Assembly (NCBI GenBank): GCA_944389565.1
Contig: CALXMV010000005.1
Location: 1,068-65,067, forward strand
Length of the DNA stretch: 64,000 bases
Direction of reading: 5' to 3'
From: an uncultured Kiritimatiellota bacterium
Lineage (GTDB): Bacteria > Verrucomicrobiota > Kiritimatiellia > RFP12 > DVOR01
The notes beneath the pieces were generated by a model. The model was not told the origin of the DNA. It searched no databases and was given only the letters and a program-made list of their open reading frames with translations. Each line of letters starts with the position of its first letter. Position 1 is the stretch's first letter. The translations under genes and the position numbers were made by a program. Shown piece by piece: positions 19,925 to 31,214 of this stretch.

Positions 19925-19965
19925 AAAAAGCCCCCGACGGCGGCGCCGGGTTCGCCGCCGGGGGC
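19925..19965 (-). terminator. Orphan minus-strand intrinsic terminator upstream of the sugar-operon promoter
   Basis: 13 paired bases (7 + 6 bp, with a 3-nt bulge) between 19930-19945 and 19953-19965, followed on the minus strand by CTTTTT. No minus-strand CDS lies upstream of it. Confidence 0.35.
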
Positions 19966-20077
19966 GCGGTCGATCGGGAACTCCCGCTCTCGGCGTGCGC
20001 CGGCACGACAAGTATAAGATAGAAGGCGGGGGAGAGCGGGCGCCCCGCGCACCCCGGCCCCGACAAGGGTATATACG

Positions 20078-20190
20078 CACCCAAACCTTCCGGCTTCCGG
20101 GCCAGACCCTTAAGGGGGCCGGGTCAGACCCCTTAGGGTTTCGCCCCAAACCCTCCCGACTTTCGGGCCAGACCCTTAAGGGTTTCGGCG
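20078..20190. repeat. REP-like repeat cluster, locus A (about 2.5 units)
   Basis: Contains CAGACCCTTAAGGG twice and CAGACCCCTTAGGGTTTCGCCCCAAACCCTCCCGACTTTCGGG. Same unit family as 37783-37865 and 51892-51997. Confidence 0.85.
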
Positions 20191-20268
20191 CGCCCCTCCC
20201 GAAGGACGGGGCGCACCGATCGGACAATCGGCCGACAGTCCCAAAACCGGCGACCTGCTAAATAATGC

Positions 20269-20297
20269 TTGCACTTTTGGGGAAAATGGGGTATCTT
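20269..20297 (+). promoter_or_regulatory. Sigma-70-like promoter TTGCAC-N17-TATCTT
   Basis: TTGCAC at 20269-20274 and TATCTT at 20292-20297, in an AT-richer stretch 51 nt upstream of the ATG at 20348. Confidence 0.45.
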
Positions 20298-20347
20298 TTA
20301 AGCAAACGTGAGATTTCGCTTCTCCGACAAAGGAACGAGGACGTATC

Positions 20348-20911
20348 ATGAAGAAACTGATTGTGGCCCTTTTCGCCAGTCTTTCGGTGGCCGCTGTTTT
20401 CGCGCAGCAGGCCCAAGAGCCCGAGACGCCCGCGCCGGCGCCCGCGGCGCCCGAGCGTGTCGAGACGCGCACGATCGCGCCGGTCTGGTTCGCCCTGCAG
20501 GGGGATGAGACGATCGACATCGTGGGCCTGCGCCTGAGCGCGTGGGGCAAGTGCCAGAATCTCACGGGCCTGGATCTGGCCATCGGCGGCGAGGCGGTGA
20601 ACGCCTACGGCCTCCAGCTGGCCCTCATCCGCAACAAGGTGATCGACCGCGCGGGCGCCCTCCAGGTCGCCATCGGCGCCAACAGCGCCGGCGAGCTCTC
20701 CGGCATGCAGATCGGCCTGCTCAACGAGGCGACCCTCGCCAAGGGCATCCAGGTCGGCCTGCTCAACGCCACCAGCGACATCCGCGGCCTCCAGATCGGC
20801 CTCATCAACAGCACCGACTCGATCTACGGCTACCAGATCGGCCTCATCAACGTCATCCGCTCCTCGCCGGTCACCTTCTTCCCGATCATCAACTTCATGC
20901 TCGAGGATTGA
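20348..20911 (+). CDS. Secreted repeat protein with tandem G(L/M)Q(I/V/L)(G/A)L(I/L)N units
   Basis: 187 aa. Signal peptide MKKLIVALFASLSVAAVFA. At least six repeats (YGLQLALIRN, SGMQIGLLNE, KGIQVGLLNA, RGLQIGLINS, YGYQIGLINV). Resembles the LA_2272-type surface-repeat family, from memory only. Confidence 0.75.
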   Translation: MKKLIVALFASLSVAAVFAQQAQEPETPAPAPAAPERVETRTIAPVWFALQGDETIDIVGLRLSAWGKCQNLTGLDLAIGGEAVNAYGLQLALIRNKVIDRAGALQVAIGANSAGELSGMQIGLLNEATLAKGIQVGLLNATSDIRGLQIGLINSTDSIYGYQIGLINVIRSSPVTFFPIINFMLED

Positions 20912-20919
20912 GGCCCCGC

Positions 20920-21348
20920 ATGGCGGATTGGAAGCAAGAGCTCGAGAGCATCTTCCTGAGCGACTCGCAGGCCTCGCGGGCGGAGCGTGAGAACGCCCGC
21001 TTCGTGAGGTTCCTGCACGAGGTCGCCACCCCCGCGCTCACGGAGGTCGCCGCGGAGATGCGCCGCCTCGGGCGGACGGCCATGGTGCGCGAGGCCCCCG
21101 CCTCCACCATCCTGACCGTCTACCGCGAGGGGAACATCGAGGAAATCTGCTACTCCGTCACCCGGCAGTACGTGAACGACGGCATCCTCCCGCGCGCCAA
21201 CGCCCGCGTGGTGCGCACCAACAACCGCTCCTCCACGCACGACGAGCCCTTCCGCCCCGAGGGCGAGAAGTACACGATCGACGACGTGACGCAGGACGAC
21301 GTGATCCATTCGTTCCTGACCTTTTACCGCATGACGAAGGGGCAGTGA
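20920..21348 (+). CDS. Hypothetical cytoplasmic protein (142 aa)
   Basis: ATG 20920 in ORF 20542..21348. Balanced amino-acid composition and high third-position GC. No recognised motif. Confidence 0.65.
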   Translation: MADWKQELESIFLSDSQASRAERENARFVRFLHEVATPALTEVAAEMRRLGRTAMVREAPASTILTVYREGNIEEICYSVTRQYVNDGILPRANARVVRTNNRSSTHDEPFRPEGEKYTIDDVTQDDVIHSFLTFYRMTKGQ

Positions 21349-21881
21349 TGGGCTGGAAAGGTCCCGACCCCTACGCAGGCCAGCGCCCGGAGGCAACCCT
21401 GGGCGCTTCTTTCACGCGGCGGCTCTGCGTGTGGGTGGGGACGGGCTTCGGCATCGGGCTGGTCGCGCCCGTGGCGCCGGGGACCTTCGGCTCCCTGCCC
21501 GGCGTGGCGCTCGCCCTGGCCCTCGCCGCCTGGCTCCCCGCGTGGTGGGCCCAGGCCGCCCTCTGCGCCGCGCTCGCGCTCTTGGCCGTGCCGGTCTGCG
21601 CCGTGGCCGAGGATTGCCTGAAAAAGAAGGACGACGGGCGCATCTCCGCCGACGAGTGGATGCTCTACCCCATCGCCACGATCGGCCTACCCCTGCTCGA
21701 CGCGCCCTGGCTCATCCCCCTGACCTTCCTGGTCATCCGCGCGCTCGACGTGCTCAAGCCGCCGCCCGCGCGGCGCCTCCAGTATCTCCCGCGCGGGTGG
21801 GGCATCGTGGCCGACGACCTCGTGGCGCAACTCTACGCCCTGGCCGCGAATTGGGGGCTTTGGCTGTGGCTCGGGCGCTGA
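21345..21881 (+). CDS. pgpA: Phosphatidylglycerophosphatase A
   Basis: 178 aa. GTGFGIGLVAPVAPGTFGSLPG and KPPPARRLQYLPRGWGIVADDLVAQLYA are PgpA hallmarks. ATGATG overlap with the upstream stop. Confidence 0.85.
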   Translation: MMGWKGPDPYAGQRPEATLGASFTRRLCVWVGTGFGIGLVAPVAPGTFGSLPGVALALALAAWLPAWWAQAALCAALALLAVPVCAVAEDCLKKKDDGRISADEWMLYPIATIGLPLLDAPWLIPLTFLVIRALDVLKPPPARRLQYLPRGWGIVADDLVAQLYALAANWGLWLWLGR

Positions 21882-23098
21882 CGGTGCTCGCGTTCCTCCT
21901 CGCCGCGGCCCGCGCGTTCGGGGAGGCCGCGGGGGACGCGCGCGCCGTCCTCAACCTCACCGGCCGGCCGGACGGGTCGCGCCCGGACATCCTCTTCCTG
22001 GCGCCGTGCGCGCCCGAGGGGGAGGCCTCCGCCTACCGCGAGGCGCTCGCCCCCGCCGAGAACGCCGGCACCGCCCTCCCCAACGCCCGCCTCGGGGAGG
22101 GCGACTTCCGCACGGGGGGGATCCTCCCCGTGCTGGGCGCCGCGGATTACGCCTTCCTGCCGGTGCGCGACGTGCCGTGGCGCGCGGCCTGCTCCAACCT
22201 CGTCTCCATCCTCACCCTGCGCCGCCGCACGCGCGTGGAGGACGGCATCGAGCAGGCGCCGCTGTGCGCCCTCCTGCGGGCCGAGGCCTCGGCGGGGGAT
22301 CTCGCCGCCACCCTGCCCGGCCTCCTGGGCACCGACGCGCTCATCTTCCTGGCCCCGCGGAGCGGGGAAAAGGGGGCGCGCCTGCCGCTGGTCGTCTGCT
22401 GGCGCAACATGGTCTGGCCCGGCCACCGCGTCTCCCAAAGCGTCCACCCCGAGCATTGGGCGCCCACGCTCGCGGAGATCGTGGGGCTGCCGCCGCCGGC
22501 GGAGGTCGGCGCGGTCTCCATCCTGCCGATGCTCACGGGCGTGGGCTACCAGCGGCCGCTCGGGCTTCCCGGCCTGCCCGCCGGGGCGGTCGCCGTCGGC
22601 GCCAAGCCGGTCACGATGCTGTGCCATTACGCCGACCTGCCCGAGAACTGCCCGTGGGTGCCCGATTACACCGACGTCTCCTCCGTGAAGCCCTCCGAGC
22701 GCGTCTTCCTGCCGCACGCGCTGCCCCTGCCGGCGAAGGCCGCGCGGGAGTTCGGGCCGTCGCGCCGCGCGCAGGGCTTCTATGTGCGCACCACCCAGAG
22801 CCGGATGGACCTCGTCTTCCCGGCGGGCGTCTCGTGCGTGGTGCGCGTGAAGGGGCGCCCCGTCTTCTCCGAATGGGCGCCCACGGCCCCGACGGCATGG
22901 CGCCTGGACAATCCCGACCCCGTGCCGGTGGAGATCTTCCTGGTCGTGCCGCCGCGCCTCGACCCCGCGACGCTCCCCCTCTTCGCCGCCCCTGAGCGGG
23001 CGGGGGCGAAGGCGCGGAAGGCGGATCGGGGGGATGGTCAGACGGGGAGCGAGGGGTCGACGTCGCGGGCGAGGGGCTCGGCGTCGCGGAGCGCGTAG
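21866..23098 (+). CDS. Secreted hypothetical protein with a degenerate sulfatase/alkaline-phosphatase-like region
   Basis: Frame of ORF 21431..23098. GTG at 21866 gives a signal-like (M)ARALTVLAFLLAAARAFG. HPEHWAPTLAEIVGLPPP resembles the conserved C-terminal sulfatase block. No ATG is available, so the start is uncertain. Confidence 0.5.
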   Translation: MARALTVLAFLLAAARAFGEAAGDARAVLNLTGRPDGSRPDILFLAPCAPEGEASAYREALAPAENAGTALPNARLGEGDFRTGGILPVLGAADYAFLPVRDVPWRAACSNLVSILTLRRRTRVEDGIEQAPLCALLRAEASAGDLAATLPGLLGTDALIFLAPRSGEKGARLPLVVCWRNMVWPGHRVSQSVHPEHWAPTLAEIVGLPPPAEVGAVSILPMLTGVGYQRPLGLPGLPAGAVAVGAKPVTMLCHYADLPENCPWVPDYTDVSSVKPSERVFLPHALPLPAKAAREFGPSRRAQGFYVRTTQSRMDLVFPAGVSCVVRVKGRPVFSEWAPTAPTAWRLDNPDPVPVEIFLVVPPRLDPATLPLFAAPERAGAKARKADRGDGQTGSEGSTSRARGSASRSA

Positions 23099-24099
23099 CC
23101 CGCGCCGGCGATGCCGGCGATCATGGCGGCGTTGTCGCCGCAGTAGCGCGGTTCGGCGAGGAGCAGGCGCACGCCGTGGCGCGCGGCGAGGGCCGTCAGG
23201 GCCTCGCGTAGCTGGCCGTTGAGCGAGACGCCGCCGCCGACGGCGAGCGATTTGCAGGGGAGGGTCTCCAGCGCGCGCCCGACGCGTTTGGCCAGGGCGT
23301 CCACGATGGCCGTCTGGTAGCAGGCGCAGAGGCGGGCCACCTCGGCCTCGCCCTGCGGGGGGTGTTTCCGCACGTGCGTGAGCAGGGCGGTCTTGAGGCC
23401 GCTGAAGGAGAGGCAGAGGTCGGCGCGGAGGCCGGGGGGGAGCGGGTGGTCCGGGGCGACGCGCCCCTCGGGGAAGCGGATGGCGCGGCGCTCGCCCGCG
23501 GGCACCGAGCGCGCCAGGCGGTCGAGCACGGGGCCTCCGGGGTAGCCCAGGCCAAGTAGCTTGGCGGCCTTGTCGAAGGCCTCGCCCGCCGCGTCGTCGA
23601 TCGTCTGCCCGATGAGGCGGAAGCCGCCGGGGCGCGGGGCGTGGACCAGGCAGGTGTGGCCGCCGCTGACGGCCAGCCCCAGCTGGGGCCACAGGTCGGC
23701 CTCGCGCAGCTCGGGGTGGCCGAGGCGGACCGACCAGAGGTGCGCGTGCATGTGGTTGACGGGCAGGAGCGGTTTGCCGAGCGCCAGGGCGAGGCCTTTG
23801 GCGAAGGACCAGCCGACGAGCAGCGCCGCCGCGAGCCCCGGCCCGCAGGTCGCCGCGACCGCGTCGATCCCCGCCCAGGGGTCGGCCGCGCCGGGGAAGG
23901 CCTGGCGCAGCGCCTCCTCGGCCACCGCGCGGATCTTCTGGACGTGTGCGCGGCTGGCGACCTCGGGGACGACGCCGCCGTAGGGCCGGTGGAGGGGGAC
24001 CTGCGAGTAGACCACGGAGGCGAGCACCTCGTCGCCGCCGTGCACGACGGCGACGGCCGTCTCGTCGCAGGAGCTTTCGATGCCGAGGACGGTCTTCAT
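23038..24099 (-). CDS. tsaD: tRNA N6-adenosine threonylcarbamoyltransferase TsaD
   Basis: 353 aa. MKTVLGIESSCDETAVAVV and HMHAHL are Kae1/TsaD signatures. Confidence 0.95.
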   Translation of the reverse strand: MKTVLGIESSCDETAVAVVHGGDEVLASVVYSQVPLHRPYGGVVPEVASRAHVQKIRAVAEEALRQAFPGAADPWAGIDAVAATCGPGLAAALLVGWSFAKGLALALGKPLLPVNHMHAHLWSVRLGHPELREADLWPQLGLAVSGGHTCLVHAPRPGGFRLIGQTIDDAAGEAFDKAAKLLGLGYPGGPVLDRLARSVPAGERRAIRFPEGRVAPDHPLPPGLRADLCLSFSGLKTALLTHVRKHPPQGEAEVARLCACYQTAIVDALAKRVGRALETLPCKSLAVGGGVSLNGQLREALTALAARHGVRLLLAEPRYCGDNAAMIAGIAGAGYALRDAEPLARDVDPSLPV

Positions 24100-27000
24100 T
24101 CGGGGAGGCGGATGAAGATGGTGGATTGGGTGGGGGCGGCGAGGCGGCGGTCAAGCTCGGTGAGCGCCGGGAAGGTCCAGGCGTCGAGCAGGGCGGGCGG
24201 GTTGGCGCAGGTGAGCTCGTAGGTCAGGTGGACGATGCCGGTGACGGGGTGGCGCTCCTGCGAGCAGGTGAGGGTGAGGGCGCCGCCGCCGGGGAGCGCG
24301 TAGGCGAAGGGCTCGGGCTTGGAGAGGATCTCGGAGCCTTTGGGGAGCCAGAACTCGGCGCGGGCGCGGGTGCCCTCCTCGCCGCCCTGCCAGATGGGGT
24401 TCTCGCGGTTGACGCCGCGCAGGCCGTAGCGGGGGCCGAGGAGCGCCTGGACGGGGACGCTGAGGAGGCGGCCGCGGCGCTGGGCGTAGCCTTTGGCCTC
24501 GACGCTGAGGCGGGAGCGGACGGGGTAGGCGCGGGTGTCGACGGTGTATTGGCTGACGGGCTCGGCGCCGGGGGCGAGGCTTTCGGCGAGCGTGGCGATG
24601 GCGCGGCGGCGGTGCTCGGGCGTCAGGTCGCGCTCGGTCGTGCGGACGGCGCCGGCCAGGCGGCCCCAGGAGAGGGTCTCGGAGGAGAGGATGGCGTCGC
24701 CCTCGGGGGTGACGACGCACTTGAGCGTGCGTTCGGCGCGGGTGCGGAGGGCGTCGGGGCGGTCGTAGAGCAGGCGGCCCTCGGCGGACATGAGGGAGCA
24801 GGAGGGGACGGCGGCGGAGCCGGGTTCGTCGAGTTCGCCCTCGTCGCCCACCAGGCGGCCGTCGGCCAGGAGGATGTAGGGGCGGGTCCAGCGGGTCCAA
24901 TCGGGCACCTCGCGGAGGGCGAGGCGCTTGCCGAAGAGGACCTCGGTCTGCAGGCTGTTGGCGGAGGCGAAGACGAGCCTGGCGTCGAGGTCGGCGGCGC
25001 GGAGGAGGCCGAGCTGGAGGATCAGGCGGTCGAGGCGGTTGCCGTAGCCGTCGGCGAGGGTGGTCGCGGGCGGGGTGAGGGTGGCGAGGCGGAGGGCCTC
25101 CCAGGCGGTCCCGGCCTCGCGGATGCGGGTGGCCATGAAGGCCTGGATGGCGCGGAGGCGGGCCTCGGGGTCGTCCGCGTCGGCGCCGGGGATGGCGGCG
25201 AGCGCGTCGTCGAGGTCGGCGTTGTCGAGCAGGGCGTCGGCCTGCGCGATGACGCCGGGGAGGACGCGGTGGGCGGCGGCCTCGGGGAGGGCCAGGCGCA
25301 GGGTGGGGCGGATGAGCGTGGCGGCGGGGGGGTCGGGCTCGGGCTTGACGGCGGGGAGGTCGCGGAGGATCCAGGTGCGGGTGACCTGGGTGCCGTTGGT
25401 GACGACGGAGCGGGAGACGCCGGCCGTCGGGAAGTTGCGCTCGGCGACGCGCAGGCGGGCGTCCTGGCCGAGCGGGAGGGTGAGGGTGTAGCGCGTCTCG
25501 TGGGTGGGGTAGGGGCCGGCGCCGAAGACGTGCGTCTCGGAGAAGGGGCGCGGGTCGGCGGAGGCGATGGTCACGTCGACGTGCGAGACGGCCCCGACGT
25601 CGATGGCCGGGAGGGAGAGGACGGTCTCGCGGAGCGCGGCGTAGCGGGGGGCGAGTGCCGCGCCGTCGACGTCCAGCTCGGAGATTTCCTTTTTGGAGAT
25701 GGGCACGCGGTCGCCCTTGGCGGAGGCGACCTCCACGGCGGAGAGAGTGAGGGTCTCGAAGTCGGGGTTGTGGTAGATTTTGACCTCGCCGAGTGCGCGT
25801 TTGCCCTGGAAGGTGAGGATCTTGGAGTCGGTGACGGTGCGGCGGCGGGAGGTGCCGTCGGGCGCGAGGGTGGTTTCGACGGCGGAGGCGAGGATCTCGG
25901 CGTCGGCGTTTTGGGCGGGCGGTTTGCGGAAGAGGGGGCGGAGGCTCTCGATGCGGTCCATGCGCTCGGCGAAGCGGCGGAGGGCGCGGTAGTCCTCGGG
26001 GGTGTAGACCTTGTGCGAGAGGACGAGCTCGCGGGTGAGGGAGAGGTCGCCGTTGTCGGCGCGGCGGCAGACCATGTCGAAGGAGGCGCCGTTGGCCTTG
26101 AGGATGGGGTCGTCGGGCAGGAGTTCGGGGGTGCCGAGGCGGCCGAGGCCGCGCAGGGTGAGGGTCTCGCGCACGCCGCAGGGGGCCTCGATGACCCAGT
26201 CGTAGACGCGGGTGGGCTGGGCGAGGCCGTCGAAGAGGAAGTTGATCATGCCGATGCGGCGGCCCACGAAGGGGAGCGTGGCGATGACGTGGCCCTGGGC
26301 GTCGGGGACGGCGTAATCGGGCACGCGGGCGTCGAGGCGCAGGGTGAGCGGGTGCGAGATGTCGCGCGGGTCTTTGGGCTCGATGGCGAGGTCGATCAGC
26401 TCGGCGCCGGGGACGGCGCGCTTGAGGAGGCCGTCGAAGACGTCGCGGATGCGTTCGGGCTGGCTCCGCACGAGGAAGCCGCGGTAGACGTTGTCGTTCA
26501 CGCCGTCGAGGCGGATGGTGGAGGTGAGGTCCAGGTTGCCGGCGGCGTCGAGCGTGCCGGTGGTCTCCACGAGGGCCATGTTGCCCTCCGGGTCGGGGAT
26601 GGGGGTCTCGCGCAGGGTCTCGCCCTCGGGGCGCGCCACGAGGTAGGAGCATCCGCTCAGGTAGGCGGGGAACTCGGCGCGCGCCGTGTCGTCGGTCGGG
26701 TCGAGGAGGCGGTATTGGCGGTCGCCCTCGTCGATGGCCACGACGGCGTGGTTGAAATAGGGCATGGGCACCTCGGCGTCGCGCGGGCTGCCGGCGTGGA
26801 TGATGACGGGGAAGGCGTCGAAGCCGGCCTTGCGCAGCATCGCCACCAGGAGGACGCCCTTGTCGCGGCAGACGCCGTAGCGGTTGTCGAAGGTGAGGGC
26901 CACGTCGTGCGGTTCGAAGCCGGGGGCCTCGTCCTCGGCGATGATCCCCATGTAGCGCACCTCCTGCGCCACGAAGGCGAAGAGGGCCTCGATCTGCGCG

Positions 27001-27917
27001 GCGCGGTCCTTCCCCTGGGTGAGCGCCGCCACCTTGGCGTCGATCGCCGGGGTGGTGCGCATATGCTTGTCGCACAGCGCCCAGTACCACTTGGAGAGCG
27101 CCTCCCAGGAGTCGAAGGTGGAGAGGGAGACCCGCTGGGCCGAGACCTGCGTGTCGGGCATTTTCGGCTCGGCGAAGGCCTGGGGCACGCCGCGCGCCAC
27201 CCAGCGGTGGAGGGTCCGCCCGTCGGCCAAGGTCTCGCGGCTGGCCGTCACCGTGCCGGGCACCTCGTCGAGCAGGGCCACGCTCTTGAGGGGCAGGGCC
27301 TTCGGGGAGACCACCGTGGCCACGCTGTAGGGCACCGGCTCCCCGAAGCTCTGGAAGAGGATCGTCTCGTAATACGAATCGGGGATCCGCGGGCGGAGCG
27401 TCCGGTAGCAGAGGATCACGTGGAGCGTGTCGCCCACCTCGATCTTCGGCACCGAGAGCATCAGGCGGCGCGAGGTCGGGTCGTAGATGTTCGCGTCGTT
27501 CCCGGAGTTGCTCGAGGCCTCCGCCACGTTCGCCTCCAGGTCGATCGGCGTCGCCGAGCCGTCGGCGTGGATCACCTCGGCCAACTGGAACTCCGAGATC
27601 GAATACCCCTGCTTGAACCACAGCGGCACCGTGCGCAGCTCCTGCGCCCCCGGCTCCGTCAGGGCCTTCGACCAGAACTCCGCCCACACGGTGTCGCGCC
27701 CGTCCTCGGCATACTCCGTCCACTGCGCCTGGGCCACCGTCAGGGTGTTCGCGTCCGGGGCGTCCGTGCGCGACGCCTGCGCCACGCGCTCCAACGCCTT
27801 CTCCCGATCCAGCCGCTCCGGCATCGGCGGCAACGCCGCCATCGCCCACGCCCCGCACAGGCAGAACGCCAACGCCAACATCAAACGCGCTCGCTTCATC
27901 GTCGTAACACCTTTCAT
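24096..27917 (-). CDS. DUF3857 / transglutaminase-like cysteine-protease-fold protein, 1273 aa, secreted
   Basis: Signal peptide MKRARLMLALAFCLCGAWA. Transglutaminase-core triad context YGVCRDKG ... NHAVVAI ... LLDPTD. An alternative start lies at 27899. Confidence 0.8.
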   Translation of the reverse strand: MKGVTTMKRARLMLALAFCLCGAWAMAALPPMPERLDREKALERVAQASRTDAPDANTLTVAQAQWTEYAEDGRDTVWAEFWSKALTEPGAQELRTVPLWFKQGYSISEFQLAEVIHADGSATPIDLEANVAEASSNSGNDANIYDPTSRRLMLSVPKIEVGDTLHVILCYRTLRPRIPDSYYETILFQSFGEPVPYSVATVVSPKALPLKSVALLDEVPGTVTASRETLADGRTLHRWVARGVPQAFAEPKMPDTQVSAQRVSLSTFDSWEALSKWYWALCDKHMRTTPAIDAKVAALTQGKDRAAQIEALFAFVAQEVRYMGIIAEDEAPGFEPHDVALTFDNRYGVCRDKGVLLVAMLRKAGFDAFPVIIHAGSPRDAEVPMPYFNHAVVAIDEGDRQYRLLDPTDDTARAEFPAYLSGCSYLVARPEGETLRETPIPDPEGNMALVETTGTLDAAGNLDLTSTIRLDGVNDNVYRGFLVRSQPERIRDVFDGLLKRAVPGAELIDLAIEPKDPRDISHPLTLRLDARVPDYAVPDAQGHVIATLPFVGRRIGMINFLFDGLAQPTRVYDWVIEAPCGVRETLTLRGLGRLGTPELLPDDPILKANGASFDMVCRRADNGDLSLTRELVLSHKVYTPEDYRALRRFAERMDRIESLRPLFRKPPAQNADAEILASAVETTLAPDGTSRRRTVTDSKILTFQGKRALGEVKIYHNPDFETLTLSAVEVASAKGDRVPISKKEISELDVDGAALAPRYAALRETVLSLPAIDVGAVSHVDVTIASADPRPFSETHVFGAGPYPTHETRYTLTLPLGQDARLRVAERNFPTAGVSRSVVTNGTQVTRTWILRDLPAVKPEPDPPAATLIRPTLRLALPEAAAHRVLPGVIAQADALLDNADLDDALAAIPGADADDPEARLRAIQAFMATRIREAGTAWEALRLATLTPPATTLADGYGNRLDRLILQLGLLRAADLDARLVFASANSLQTEVLFGKRLALREVPDWTRWTRPYILLADGRLVGDEGELDEPGSAAVPSCSLMSAEGRLLYDRPDALRTRAERTLKCVVTPEGDAILSSETLSWGRLAGAVRTTERDLTPEHRRRAIATLAESLAPGAEPVSQYTVDTRAYPVRSRLSVEAKGYAQRRGRLLSVPVQALLGPRYGLRGVNRENPIWQGGEEGTRARAEFWLPKGSEILSKPEPFAYALPGGGALTLTCSQERHPVTGIVHLTYELTCANPPALLDAWTFPALTELDRRLAAPTQSTIFIRLPE

Positions 27918-27953
27918 GCCGCCATTGTAGCATAAGCGGCGAACAGGGGCGAC

Positions 27954-31206
<3,253 letters not shown>

Positions 31207-31214
<8 letters not shown>

